Origin: Clostridia bacterium
Lineage (GTDB): Bacteria; Bacillota; Clostridia; UBA1381
NCBI GenBank assembly: GCA_045577675.1
Contig: JAZNIV010000001.1
Location: forward strand, 1 to 63,069
Reading direction: 5' to 3'
DNA: 63,069 bases
The notes beneath the pieces were generated by a model. The model saw only the letters and a list, made by a program, of their open reading frames with translations. It made no database searches and was not told the origin of the DNA. The translations under genes and the position numbers were made by a program. Below, piece by piece: positions 1 through 10,913 of this stretch (the stretch's first letter is position 1; every line of letters begins with the position of its first letter).

Positions 1-856
1 TGTCCAAGGAATCATTAAGTATGTCTGTAAAGCTGCTGCTTTTTCTGTAATATGCATCAACCTCTTTACCAAAATAAATCAAAGAGTGTATGTCATCATA
101 TGCAACGCAAATAAAAGAAGAAAAAGGTTTTTCTCCAATCTGACAGGTGTTTTTATAAAAAATTGCCGGAAAATCATCTGATACCCTTACAAACCCATAA
201 GGGATGTTACTATCAGTAAGAACATCTTTTTTATATGCCTTATGCTTCATACTGTCTTTTGTGACTCCAAGTTCTCCATCTAATGATGAAACGTGCAGAT
301 ATCCCCAGTTAATTCTATAATCATCTCCGCTCACTTCCAACATATTTCTTTCGCCTCTTCCGCACCAGACTGATCTGTCGGTTCGTCCGAAAAGCACCTC
401 TTCATCAGGCTTATTTACTGCCATAAGAGATGAAAAATCAATATATACAGAACAATTATGCGTTTTTGAATCCAGTGATTTTATATTGTATGAAATGTAT
501 GAAACCGGTCTGCTCATAAGCTCAAGGTCGGTAAGTATTAACGGCGTTACAAAGCAAATCTCTAATTCAATCTGACCATCAGAAAATGTATATTTTGTTT
601 TCAAGGGTGTGACCTGCAAGTCAGTCTGTTCTATTGGCTTCGGACCGCATGAATTATAATATGGGTTATGCTTTAGTTTACCCATGAAAAGTGTTTGTAC
701 TCCGTCTACCGTTATTATACCTGTCATAGAATGCTGTGATCCGGTCCAATGCCTCGTTTGATCGCCGTAAAGAGTATCACTCATTGACCATACGCTGAAA
801 AATGGGTCGCAGGTTATAAGCGGATATGCCGGATATCTGCAATGGTTATTATTCAT
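1..856 (-). CDS. Glutaminase-A-like (DUF4964/DUF5127-type N-terminus) putative glycoside hydrolase. Only the N-terminal ~285 aa are present; the gene continues past the left window edge
   Basis: Not in the supplied ORF track because it is open to the window edge. My own minus-strand translation from the ATG at 856-854 reads MNNNHCRYPAYPLITCDPFFSVWSMSDTLYGDQTRHWTGSQHSMTGIITVDGVQTLFMGK... and the frame stays open to base 2. The YPLxTxDPFFSxWS..TRHWTG..VDG pattern is typical of the glutaminase A (GtaA)-like family N-terminus. Confidence 0.75.
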   Translation of the reverse strand, partial: MNNNHCRYPAYPLITCDPFFSVWSMSDTLYGDQTRHWTGSQHSMTGIITVDGVQTLFMGKLKHNPYYNSCGPKPIEQTDLQVTPLKTKYTFSDGQIELEICFVTPLILTDLELMSRPVSYISYNIKSLDSKTHNCSVYIDFSSLMAVNKPDEEVLFGRTDRSVWCGRGERNMLEVSGDDYRINWGYLHVSSLDGELGVTKDSMKHKAYKKDVLTDSNIPYGFVRVSDDFPAIFYKNTCQIGEKPFSSFICVAYDDIHSLIYFGKEVDAYYRKSSSFTDILNDSLD

Positions 857-1481
857 ATAAATCCTTGTATGATATATTTAGTCCTAAAATATATCAATAC
901 GCTCCTTTCTTTTAAACTTTTATGATATAATAAATATGAACACTGTGGAATTTTTATATTAATCTATAGCTTTGATTATTTAATTGAGTGTATATTTAAT
1001 TTTCAAAAAGCACTTTAAAGAATGCTTTGTTTGCCATGCACTTCTTTAGCTATATAATTTTTTTTAAATTTTCATTTTCTATTGACAAATCATAGTTACT
1101 CTCCTTTGTAATCATTAAGTTTTAGTATTGAAATCTATTACAGAATTGAACGAAAAAATATGTAGTTTTGCTATTATTTTCCATTAGACATTAATTATTA
1201 ACCAATATCAACTCAACTGTAGCGCATAACTTTTTAACGTTCCGCTTATAGGTCATATAAATAATTTATAAAAATAACAAATATAGAAAATATTTGCTGC
1301 ATCTGCTACTTGAGCGATGCTATACTCTCCGCTTCTTAACGGGTCACAAGATTGTTTCGGGAGGTATTTTGTATATGTGATGCGTAGAAGCTTTTTGTTT
1401 TTTTAAGCCATTATTAATATTTTTTTGATTTTCTTTATTGATTATTCTCATATTATATATTTGTCAAAAAACTTCCCAGAT

Positions 1482-1514
1482 AAAAAGCGGAAACCATTTA
1501 TTTCCGCTTTTTAT
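1482..1514 (-). terminator. Rho-independent terminator after the 953-aa hydrolase gene (symmetric, could act in both directions)
   Basis: Stem AGCGGAAA (1486-1493) / TTTCCGCT (1501-1508), flanked by an A-run and a T-run, about 45 nt beyond the stop at 1557. Confidence 0.7.
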
Positions 1515-1556
1515 ACCTTTAAATTATGTCTATGCTGTAGCCAATACGCATTAACG

Positions 1557-4418
1557 TTACTCCATCATATCATTTTTATACACCTGTAGCGAACAAAGAG
1601 GAAAAATAGTGTCTAAACTATCCCATAAAAACAGCCTTACAGTATCAAATTTTATACTCGAATCAGAGCTTGAAACATCATACGAATTTATCGCGTTACC
1701 ATCATATGTATCACTTGCTGTTGTAATATCAACTAAATTGTCATCCAAATATCTTGCACATATCACAGTATATATATCATCAATATTTATATTACCTACA
1801 CCAAAATCAATTTCGGCAGTAAGCTTTGAAGCATCAATGGAATTAATCCTTAAAGAACTAAGATTCACAATTCCATTTCGAAGCGACATTGTAATAGGAA
1901 TTTTCTCTTGTTCTATTGTATATTTGTACCTGTCACCATCTTCGCTTATAACATACGCATCCACTGCATCTTCACCGAAAACAGAAGCTTCAAAACTATA
2001 TGCGCCATTAGCTTGTGTCACAGACTGATCAAAAAATTTCATATAGTTTTCCATTCCCACGCCAAACATGGCATTTACCGGTAAAACAGTAAAAGCTACT
2101 CTCTTTCCGGCACATGCAGACACGATATTTCCCTCAACACTAATTGTCAGATCATCTTTTGTGCCAACAATAGGTTCTCCTGATACAGCATATATCGGTG
2201 CATCTGTTACCTTAATTACATTTCCTTCTACAACATCGTCAGCAGAAATCATGTTTCCTAACATATCATAATACGTCAGATTTTCATCATCAAAACAGCT
2301 TAGAGGCACACCATCTGATTCATTTGTTCTTGGAGTCCAAAGCATATAGACCTTTCTACCCGGTATTCCGGTAAATTTGCTGACATATGCTCCTATATAA
2401 TTTTCATTTTCTGTCGGTTTAATAACACTTTGAACTCCTGTACTTCCGGCAGTCAATCTGTTTAGTGCCGCAACTGCAAGATATCCATATTTAGCTGCAT
2501 ATGGCACATCTTCGTCCTTCCAGCATCTAAGAAGCCCAAAGTTTGATTCCAATGCATTTTTATCGGCCCCATCATTAATCAGATTATATATAAACATAAT
2601 CGAATCCGGATCAAACTCTTTTATGCATGCATACTGCCGTATAAGAAGTTTCGCTGCTTCATACTCACTTCCGACAACAGTAGTATTGTTTGTTGAATTA
2701 CGCGGAGCTGACGAGTATCCCATTTCTGTGAACCATCTTTTTGAAATTGTTAGTCCATTATTATTGTAAATCTTGTCAAATGCTGTTATGCGATCAACAA
2801 TAGGGGTAGAAATCTCATTAGTATCTGTAAACACACCTTCCGGAGCTTCATAATTCTTAGGAAGATGATATGTATGAAGAGTTGTTGCGTCCAATTTCGT
2901 GCCAAGCGTTTTCATTTTTTGCAACCCTGAATTAATAAGTGTTGATATGTTCCCCTTATTATCCACTACAGTCGTTGCCAATCCACCTACAGGCATATCA
3001 GGATTAACTTCGCGCACCGCCTTACATACTTGATTTGCTATTTCCCCCCAGCGTTCTCCTATTTTTTTATATTTATCTGCATCTGACGATATGTCAACAC
3101 CATCTAAATATTTTATAAACTCCGGTTCATTTTCAATCTCTATCATTTTTACAGCTTTTTGCGTAATCGATTCATTCATATATGACCGTACATACTCGTA
3201 AAGTTTATTGCTGCTAATAATATCCTTTGATGCAAGCGTTGATCTGGACTGATCAGCTTCTATAAGAGGATCAAGCATGGAATTTCCTGTGTCAATAATG
3301 GACAGCACATTAATACCATTTTCATATGCCGCATTATATGTATTCTGAACTTTTTTGGGCAATGTTCTCTTGCCGTATTCTTGTTCATAACCCTCCCAAG
3401 AAAATCCTTCTCGTAAATTTCCTATTCCTGCTTTGCTCATTAACGCTGTTCCGATATTCGGGTCACCTCTTAGCGTTACAAAATGAGCATTAACCCCCAA
3501 AGAAGCATTTTTTCTCTCATTAAGCATACATTTCGAAAATTCTAAATTTATGACCGTATGAATCTTCTTTTCACTGTTTGTTTCACCTGTAAATTCTATT
3601 TCCAGTTCGTATAATCCATATTCCGCCACTTCAAATTTCAAAGTGTCAAAATATACCTTTTTGGCAGCAAGATTGCGTACAAAACTATCACTAATAGTCG
3701 GATTTTCCTCTCTTATACAATCGGAGTCAAGTTTATATATACGATAATCCACTATAAATTTTGCTGCTGTTTCATCATTGTTTTTATAGGCTACCGATAT
3801 AGTTATAGGCTCCCCTGTAAAAAAGATGTTTCCATCATTTTCCGAAGTGATTTCATGTGTCAGCATACTGTAAGTATCATCTGTACTCACCTTAATATGT
3901 TGGATTGTTACAGGCACAGTTGAAAAACAATAGTTATCACTGCTTTTATATGATGTTACAATAAAATCTACCAACTCAGACCAGTTTCCATCCATAGATT
4001 GATTAAATAATGCTCCATAAATTTCAAAAACATGTGTTTGAGTTTTTCCTGTATCATTAAGAAATACACTTTCACAATACTTCGTCTTTGAGCCCGACCC
4101 TGCCTTATACTGCAATGTAAACCAACCATAGCCGCTGTCAACATAAGAAATCTCCACTTTATAATTCTTATATGACACATTCTCACCGCCAAGCCTTACA
4201 CCCAGTCTATACTTGTTGTCAGAAGGCACATCCGCATTAAGGATATAACCCCCATTCTTAGTATCCTGGTTTGCATCTGTAAAAATTTGTTCTATTGCAG
4301 ATGAAGGGGTTGTAAGATCGATATCTGCTATTATATTGTCAGTGTTTGATGCAAATCCGTGCATTGGCAATAAATTAAGTAATAAAATTGTCACCAAAAA
4401 TAAAGATAATTTTTTCAT
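1557..4418 (-). CDS. Secreted clan GH-A (beta/alpha)8 glycoside hydrolase with N-terminal CBM-like and Ig-like modules (family not assignable by eye)
   Basis: 953-aa ORF. Signal peptide MKKLSLFLVTILLLNLLPMHGFA. IEIENEPEF (acid/base NEP) and WFTEMGYSS (nucleophile Glu) signatures. Module order is paralogous to 10914-14360. Confidence 0.8.
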   Translation of the reverse strand: MKKLSLFLVTILLLNLLPMHGFASNTDNIIADIDLTTPSSAIEQIFTDANQDTKNGGYILNADVPSDNKYRLGVRLGGENVSYKNYKVEISYVDSGYGWFTLQYKAGSGSKTKYCESVFLNDTGKTQTHVFEIYGALFNQSMDGNWSELVDFIVTSYKSSDNYCFSTVPVTIQHIKVSTDDTYSMLTHEITSENDGNIFFTGEPITISVAYKNNDETAAKFIVDYRIYKLDSDCIREENPTISDSFVRNLAAKKVYFDTLKFEVAEYGLYELEIEFTGETNSEKKIHTVINLEFSKCMLNERKNASLGVNAHFVTLRGDPNIGTALMSKAGIGNLREGFSWEGYEQEYGKRTLPKKVQNTYNAAYENGINVLSIIDTGNSMLDPLIEADQSRSTLASKDIISSNKLYEYVRSYMNESITQKAVKMIEIENEPEFIKYLDGVDISSDADKYKKIGERWGEIANQVCKAVREVNPDMPVGGLATTVVDNKGNISTLINSGLQKMKTLGTKLDATTLHTYHLPKNYEAPEGVFTDTNEISTPIVDRITAFDKIYNNNGLTISKRWFTEMGYSSAPRNSTNNTTVVGSEYEAAKLLIRQYACIKEFDPDSIMFIYNLINDGADKNALESNFGLLRCWKDEDVPYAAKYGYLAVAALNRLTAGSTGVQSVIKPTENENYIGAYVSKFTGIPGRKVYMLWTPRTNESDGVPLSCFDDENLTYYDMLGNMISADDVVEGNVIKVTDAPIYAVSGEPIVGTKDDLTISVEGNIVSACAGKRVAFTVLPVNAMFGVGMENYMKFFDQSVTQANGAYSFEASVFGEDAVDAYVISEDGDRYKYTIEQEKIPITMSLRNGIVNLSSLRINSIDASKLTAEIDFGVGNINIDDIYTVICARYLDDNLVDITTASDTYDGNAINSYDVSSSDSSIKFDTVRLFLWDSLDTIFPLCSLQVYKNDMME

Positions 4419-4486
4419 GATGTACGCCTTTCTTAAAAGGTTTCTGTATTATATTTGTACTTTTTATATCTACTCCTGTTACTGTT

Positions 4487-7300
4487 TTAATTAATTATAT
4501 ATATTGCACGTGTTGTTTCATAGTTAGAAAATCTCATTATTCGCGAACAAGCAGTTCCGGCTGATCTATATTCCCTCACATCATCTGTCGTTCCTTCACG
4601 CACCTTGCCCATGTCACTGTCATATACTACACATGATAGTCCTTCCAAATAATAACACTCGTCATAATTCAGCCTTTTATGCTTATCATATGATGGAATT
4701 TCATAGCTCCACTTTACTGTGCTTCCATTTTTTTCGGTTACATATCCAAGAGTCAACTGTATTAATGGATTGAAATATGTATAATTTGCAGTATCGTAAC
4801 CATCATACCACCACTTCGGAGTATTCGGATTAGTACCTTTATTCAAGAAAACATTATCGTCAACATCATAAATCTTTAACACATCGACAAGCTCTCCTGT
4901 TTCTGTATTATAATTTCCCTTAATTATATCTCCTGCTTTTACATTGGAAAGATAGTTCTCGTTTTTTACATAAAAACTTACAGCAACCCCGTTTACAAAA
5001 CCCTCTACTTTTTTCACAATTTCATCATCTATGTTCAATGTAGTTAAAATCTTTGATACGACAATTGGATATTCATACTGAGTATATACAGGATTTGTCA
5101 CTAATAGAATATCACAAAATTCGTTTTCATCATTATAGTTATATCCTTCCACCATATACGACCTACCAGACCAAAGGGTAAAATTATTTATACTGTAATC
5201 TGACTCCTGCGGCATCAATCCTCCCCCTCCAGCAGGAGAAGATGCACTTACTCGAGTCCTGTCTGAATCATACAATAAGTATCCGTTTTCATCAATATAT
5301 GGTACTAAAATCGTGAGTGTATTATTTTTTGAATAAACCATATTTAAATCAAACCTGTATAATCCATCTGTACCATTAATATACTGACAGAGTTTCTTTG
5401 GATGTGATGAGGGGATCTGTGTCAATGTGTTTCTTGCATCCTCTTCCGGAGAAACATAAGCGGTGTCAAGCATTTTAATGTCCCCTTCATCATTTAATTC
5501 ATACAGAACAACCTGTGGCTTAACGCAGGGATTATTAACAGTATTCCACGGATTACTTAAATCATAAATCCCTGTCGTTCCTGGAATAGAATCTATTGCT
5601 ATAAGCAACCCAATACATCCCTTATAGAATACTCCATCTATTTTACCCTTATCTGCAAAATTAAATGTTGTTATTTCCTCCGCATCAGTAAACATTTTAA
5701 GTTTTATCATTTCGTTTTCAGAGTCAATAAAAACCTTCAGAATATATCCTACATTTTTTCCTTTTTGGTTTTCTGCTTCTATATAAGCAATCCTGTCAAA
5801 GCAGTCAATATAAAAATTATAATTTTGTCCAACTGATACTCTTTTTTCATATTTTTCATAACAAACAGGTTCAACAACATAATTATTGCCGTCATCCAAG
5901 GTATAAGAAATCTCACCGTCGTTATCATATCTATTCTTTACAACTCCGGTTACTATAAGCTCGGATGCTTTAACTGTTATCATAACATTATGTTCTGATG
6001 CAGCTATACTCAAAGGGGTATTTATATTAATATCATTTAATTCAATCGGTTCATTATCCGAATTAACAATCTTTACATATTGGTAATCCGTCAAATTTAT
6101 CATATTATCCGAATTAAGCTTATTGTAAATTATATTTTTATCAATATCTTTATTCCCAAGTACATACGAAGTATAGCTATCAATTACAACTATATCATAA
6201 TCATCATCTGATTTTCTTACAGTAATACTTCCTCTTCTTTGGTTGACATCAAAATCAGAGACAAGACTTTCAATACTTTTCAATGTAGGATAACCATTGT
6301 ATATAACCAATGCATTTTTTCCAATATTTACAGTTCTTAATTGGCCCTGCTGTTCATTTTTATAATATGTCAACTTATAAGTGGACGGATCGAAACTTTT
6401 AATTAATTTACTGTCAATAGTAATAACATTTTTGTCTATCCCTTTTTTACTTTTTCCGGCATATATTATTTTCCCTTCGCTTGAATGTCCACTTTGCGAC
6501 TCCTCATATACTATTTCTGCTTCTCCACAAAAAAGACTATCAAGATTCACACCCTTTTCAAGAGTATATTTTCCTCCATCAATAATCGCTGTATCAGCTC
6601 CAGCACCGTATGATTTATCCATTGTTTTTCCAAATACCGCATTAACAACACCCTTATTTTCCTTTAATCCACAGTAAATAGAAAACAATGTATCATCTGA
6701 AACATTATAAACAAAGCTTCCGCCTTTTTGTCCTTCTATCCTGTATATTCCGATAGAAAAAACGTTGTATAATAATTCCAGTGCCATTCCTTTTTTTAAC
6801 TCATTATTTACACCCGAAACAGGTGTCAGGTCCAAATAGGAAATGGTATCAATATATCCTTGCGGAAATCCGCCTCTCATCATTGCATAATCACCATATC
6901 CCGCAGCCGTAAGCAAAATTTTGCTTGCCTCCCCATAAGTAATGTTATCGTCCGGTCTAAATTTACCATCTTCGGCTGATGATATGTAATTAAGATCATA
7001 AAGAGCATTTATTGAATTATATGCCCAATGTGAATATGGTACATCTTTAAAATACATTTTTGTTTTATCAACCGGCTCTGCATGCAGTAAACGCGCCACC
7101 CAATCTGCAAACTCAGCCCTACTTATTCCAGCAGAAGTGTCAACTTCCCCATTATCATTCAATTCAATAATGTCCAAATATTTTAAAACCGCCAGAACTT
7201 TATCACTAATTTCATAGCTCTGTTCCTGCGCTGAAACATTAATTAACAACATCTGCAAAAACAAAACTGCACATAACAGCAAACTAAGTATTTTTTTCAC
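4487..7300 (-). CDS. Cell-surface protein with N-terminal S-layer-homology (SLH) repeats; function of the remaining ~750 aa unknown
   Basis: 937-aa ORF. Signal peptide MKKILSLLLCAVLFLQMLLINVSAQE. SLH-type segments ISRAEFADWVARLL and FKDVPYSHWAYNSINALYDLNYISS..GKFRPDDNITYGEASKILL. Confidence 0.75.
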   Translation of the reverse strand: MKKILSLLLCAVLFLQMLLINVSAQEQSYEISDKVLAVLKYLDIIELNDNGEVDTSAGISRAEFADWVARLLHAEPVDKTKMYFKDVPYSHWAYNSINALYDLNYISSAEDGKFRPDDNITYGEASKILLTAAGYGDYAMMRGGFPQGYIDTISYLDLTPVSGVNNELKKGMALELLYNVFSIGIYRIEGQKGGSFVYNVSDDTLFSIYCGLKENKGVVNAVFGKTMDKSYGAGADTAIIDGGKYTLEKGVNLDSLFCGEAEIVYEESQSGHSSEGKIIYAGKSKKGIDKNVITIDSKLIKSFDPSTYKLTYYKNEQQGQLRTVNIGKNALVIYNGYPTLKSIESLVSDFDVNQRRGSITVRKSDDDYDIVVIDSYTSYVLGNKDIDKNIIYNKLNSDNMINLTDYQYVKIVNSDNEPIELNDININTPLSIAASEHNVMITVKASELIVTGVVKNRYDNDGEISYTLDDGNNYVVEPVCYEKYEKRVSVGQNYNFYIDCFDRIAYIEAENQKGKNVGYILKVFIDSENEMIKLKMFTDAEEITTFNFADKGKIDGVFYKGCIGLLIAIDSIPGTTGIYDLSNPWNTVNNPCVKPQVVLYELNDEGDIKMLDTAYVSPEEDARNTLTQIPSSHPKKLCQYINGTDGLYRFDLNMVYSKNNTLTILVPYIDENGYLLYDSDRTRVSASSPAGGGGLMPQESDYSINNFTLWSGRSYMVEGYNYNDENEFCDILLVTNPVYTQYEYPIVVSKILTTLNIDDEIVKKVEGFVNGVAVSFYVKNENYLSNVKAGDIIKGNYNTETGELVDVLKIYDVDDNVFLNKGTNPNTPKWWYDGYDTANYTYFNPLIQLTLGYVTEKNGSTVKWSYEIPSYDKHKRLNYDECYYLEGLSCVVYDSDMGKVREGTTDDVREYRSAGTACSRIMRFSNYETTRAIYIIN

Positions 7301-7395
7301 AATTTAATCCTCACTTTCTATAACAATACACAGTATCGTGAAACAATATTTTCAACAATATCAAACATTATTTTTAATACCTTATATCATGTTAA

Positions 7396-10300
7396 TCATC
7401 GTTCGTATTGTAAAGTATTAAATAATATTTTCGCAGCCTCTGCCCTTGTTGCATTGTCAAGAGGATGAAATTCTCCATCATCATAGCCGGTTATAATTCC
7501 GGCACTGTATAGTGATGATACCGCCTCAGATGCATAATCACAAATCAATTCTGAATCCACAAATTTAATATCCGGTTTATTATCTGGCAGTTCAATATCA
7601 CACACCTTGCATGCATTGTAAATCATGACTGCCAAGTCCTGCCTTGTAATATCTTTTCCTGTACCGAACAGACTTGCATCCACACCGTTTATGATTCCAC
7701 TGTAATAAGCGCGTGCAACATATTTATAATACCAGTCTGATATTTTTACATCTTCAAAACTCATATTTTCACCTATTGTATTTAAACGAAATGCTTCTAC
7801 AAGCATTTTTACAAACTCCTCCCGCAAAACATTATTCATTGGCACAAATGTATTATCCGTACGTCCAGATATAATGCCGCGGCGATAAAGATCGTTAATG
7901 GCATCGTGCGCCCATGGTACACTTTCAATGTCATCAAATATACTTATACTCTCATTGTCATTAATGTTTGAAATCACAGGGAATACCACACCCGATAATT
8001 TTTTATCGGCAGATTGTGTGTTTTTTGAAGTATATGAACCACCCGAACCGCCCGATCCGCTTCCATTGCCTGTGTTACCGTTGCCTGACCCTTCGTTTTT
8101 CAGCTCTTTTATCTCTTCTTCAAGGGCTTCAACACTGTAAAATATTTTTCCGTTGATTGATCTCACAATATCATTCGATAAAGTATCTATACCCAAATAC
8201 TCAACTACATCCTTTATCATTTGTGTGTCGCCCGAATAGGATATTGCAGATAAACAAACCGCCTCTTTAAGCAGCTCTTCGTATATTTCAATCGAATCTG
8301 CCGATTTCAACATATTTATGATAAACTTATTTGCCTGATCGTTTTTGCTGAGATAGTATTTCTCATAGTCGCTTCCGCATATACTAATATCATATATTTC
8401 TTCTTGAGCATCACTTACTCGATTCGATTTTATTGCAGAAATGAGATATACTTTATTAAACAGTTCTTGCAGAATCTCATTCGAAATTGCTAGAGTATTA
8501 TTGCTATATTTCTCTACTAAATAATCATACATGATTTCTGAAGCAACTGCGTCATTCTCCACATAATAGTCAGATTTATAGGTAAGACCGGCTATATTTA
8601 CATCTATGGCATTTAATAAAGCTTCGCTACCGCTTTGTTCGACAATAACACTTCTTATTGCTTCTAAAGCAGCGCTGTTTTCTGTTTTATTGACATAGCT
8701 GAAAGGAACCCGCACCACATCTTGGGTGTTATCCTTTAATATAAATGCTGTATATTTACCCGGATCTCCCAGTGTAAAAAATGACACCATATCATTACCA
8801 TTATCCCGCATCAATCCCATATAAGCAAGGTTATTATTAACCGAATTGTCCTCAAGATTAAGTTTTCCCACATTTCCCTTAAATACAAGTACACATGCCT
8901 TGCTGCCATCCACCTTATAGCTGTAAGGCAACACAAACGTATTTTTATCAGCTATTACAATGGAACGGCTGTCAGCAGTTATGTTTTTTGCATCACTTGT
9001 CTTTAATCCGCCGGTATATGTTTCAGCACCGGAAACATATGTACCACTGGTTTTAAATACAAAGCCGACAAATTTCTTCCCCGTACCTGATTTAGCAATC
9101 TCAACTGTTTTTGACACCATTCCATAATCTTCATCATCAAAAACAATAGGTTTGAATTCTGAATCAATCATTCTCTCTGATATTTTCATTTTTCCATTCA
9201 CGGTTTTAGCTTCGGCTATATATTCGGCAACAGACATTAAATATTTATCATCCGGATCGGCATTCTTTTTAAAATTCGCTGAAAATACGGCTTCTTCCCC
9301 TGAAGCATCAATGTCTGAGGATATGAATGCAAAAGTTCCGTCATTTTTAGTCCGGAAATATATGTTCTGATCATCGTTATTCACCAATAGCCTACTGTAC
9401 TTTGAACGCATACCTCTTTTTAAACAAAGTTTATAGTTTTCGTTTGCAACAAGTTCCTCTTTAGGCTTTACGCGTATTCCTCTGTTGTTATTTATCACTT
9501 CAACCGTACATGGAACTATCTCTGTTCCGTTGCTCAACTCTATAATTTCATCTATATTACTCTCATCAAACGCAGAATTACAGATTAATTCAATCGCAGT
9601 GCAACTTGATGGTATTGGAGTATCCATTGTTACCTTTGTCCCATCAGCATCCATTGCAATTGTATTTTTCAGAACAGGCACCTGCACATCTTCTTTAGAA
9701 TACACCTTAATATTATCAAATCTTACATCCATCGGCTCAAGCTGCTTGTCCTGGTATACTCTAAGTCCAAAAAGAGCAATTCCTGCCATTTTATGTGTAT
9801 AAAAATCCTGTTTTGTTGTAGCATTAAATGGTTTTCCGCCATCAACGCTGACTGACAGTGTAGTCTGTGATACACCTATAGGATTCATCTCCAGATGTAC
9901 GCTATGCCACATATCCGGCTCCAAGTTCAAATAGTATTCCTCATCGGTAGGATTCAGTGATGTATCCGTAAATTTTTTTAATTCGTAATTTGTATAATCA
10001 GACGCATATCCAAATTTCGGAGCAACGCAATTAGTATCTGCGTTTTGTGTAATCGGATTTGAACCAATGGTAATATTTGCATCCATCGTATGCGTTGTTC
10101 CGTCCGGCAAAGTTATGTTTCCGCTGAAGTCCAGATCCTCCGCCAGCATACAAATAAAGAATCCGTTTCCGCCGCCGCGATATACATCAAAATCAACGCA
10201 TACCGGCATACCATAAGGAACGCTCTTGTCGAACCCTGTCATAATCCTTTGATGCGTGGTTTCACTCGCCAGTTTTAAAGCGCCGTCACCGCTATATCCC

Positions 10301-10887
10301 TGCACGCCTTGGTCCCGAAACATACCGTCAAGAGATATCTTGCCGCCTGCTCCGTTCTGTCTGTACCAGCCATTCGGAAAAGCAGTACCATTTGCATTAG
10401 AAGTAAAATCATCAAAGTTCTCATCAAAATATTCGTCAATGATAATCTGCATTGTTTTATCATCCGTCATAAATGGAAATATGAGTTCTTCGCTTAGCGC
10501 CGAGTCATCTGCACCTTTGATGCTTGTACCTATTTTCAATTTGTAGCTACTGCCTTTACTCATCAGCTCATGAATTGAAACAATAAGCTCTTTTTTATCA
10601 TCTTCTGCAAGAGTTGTACTTATGTTATTGTTCGTCCCATGTTCTTCATCTATAAGCGTTACCGCGTCAATAATACTTTCCTCATCAAGCTCAGTATTAA
10701 AGAAAAGATGTATTGAATCTGTTGCATACGGAATTACATCAAGTTCATCAGCTACAACCCTTTCAAGCATGCAGCACTCTACCGCAGATACGGATAACTC
10801 CTCTGCCCCCAATGCTATATTCGGCGTTGTAATGCATGAAGAGAAAAAAATTAAAGTTGCTAATAAGAATGTAATATTTTTTTTCAT
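7396..10887 (-). CDS. Secreted multidomain protein with a LamG/concanavalin-like module and three C-terminal SLH repeats
   Basis: 1163-aa ORF with a signal peptide. MDVRFDNIKVY strand typical of LamG-like jelly rolls. Gly/Ser/Asn linker GSGNGNTGNGSGSGGSGGS. SLH repeats FDDIESVPWAHDAINDLYRRGIISG, FEDVKISDWYYKYVARAYYSGIING and FVDSELICDYASEAVSSLYSAGIITGY. Confidence 0.8.
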   Translation of the reverse strand: MKKNITFLLATLIFFSSCITTPNIALGAEELSVSAVECCMLERVVADELDVIPYATDSIHLFFNTELDEESIIDAVTLIDEEHGTNNNISTTLAEDDKKELIVSIHELMSKGSSYKLKIGTSIKGADDSALSEELIFPFMTDDKTMQIIIDEYFDENFDDFTSNANGTAFPNGWYRQNGAGGKISLDGMFRDQGVQGYSGDGALKLASETTHQRIMTGFDKSVPYGMPVCVDFDVYRGGGNGFFICMLAEDLDFSGNITLPDGTTHTMDANITIGSNPITQNADTNCVAPKFGYASDYTNYELKKFTDTSLNPTDEEYYLNLEPDMWHSVHLEMNPIGVSQTTLSVSVDGGKPFNATTKQDFYTHKMAGIALFGLRVYQDKQLEPMDVRFDNIKVYSKEDVQVPVLKNTIAMDADGTKVTMDTPIPSSCTAIELICNSAFDESNIDEIIELSNGTEIVPCTVEVINNNRGIRVKPKEELVANENYKLCLKRGMRSKYSRLLVNNDDQNIYFRTKNDGTFAFISSDIDASGEEAVFSANFKKNADPDDKYLMSVAEYIAEAKTVNGKMKISERMIDSEFKPIVFDDEDYGMVSKTVEIAKSGTGKKFVGFVFKTSGTYVSGAETYTGGLKTSDAKNITADSRSIVIADKNTFVLPYSYKVDGSKACVLVFKGNVGKLNLEDNSVNNNLAYMGLMRDNGNDMVSFFTLGDPGKYTAFILKDNTQDVVRVPFSYVNKTENSAALEAIRSVIVEQSGSEALLNAIDVNIAGLTYKSDYYVENDAVASEIMYDYLVEKYSNNTLAISNEILQELFNKVYLISAIKSNRVSDAQEEIYDISICGSDYEKYYLSKNDQANKFIINMLKSADSIEIYEELLKEAVCLSAISYSGDTQMIKDVVEYLGIDTLSNDIVRSINGKIFYSVEALEEEIKELKNEGSGNGNTGNGSGSGGSGGSYTSKNTQSADKKLSGVVFPVISNINDNESISIFDDIESVPWAHDAINDLYRRGIISGRTDNTFVPMNNVLREEFVKMLVEAFRLNTIGENMSFEDVKISDWYYKYVARAYYSGIINGVDASLFGTGKDITRQDLAVMIYNACKVCDIELPDNKPDIKFVDSELICDYASEAVSSLYSAGIITGYDDGEFHPLDNATRAEAAKILFNTLQYER

Positions 10888-10913
10888 TATTATATATTTC
10901 CTCCATCTTTAAG

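Noticed and set aside
857-1481. Unusually long (~620 nt) AT-rich gene-free spacer, checked for a small gene or RNA.
   Set aside because: I found only weak, imperfect palindromes and no ORF with an RBS. It most likely holds the promoter region of the glutaminase-like gene. The evidence is too thin to call a feature.
3968-4192. Same-strand alternative-frame ORFs inside larger genes. Others are 10275-10463, 12575-12874, 25596-25817, 28610-28846, 30438-30641, 32282-32482, 45092-45298, 48483-48677, 51378-51650, 53890-54084, 54981-55166, 55557-55739 and 56481-56663.
   Set aside because: They are embedded out of frame in strongly supported genes and nothing supports them independently.
8030-8100. 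Repetitive GGn/AGn-rich nucleotide stretch that at first glance looks like a tandem repeat.
   Set aside because: It is the coding sequence of the Gly/Ser/Asn linker (GSGNGNTGNGSGSGGSGGS) before the SLH repeats of the 1163-aa protein. It is not a CRISPR array or a non-coding repeat.
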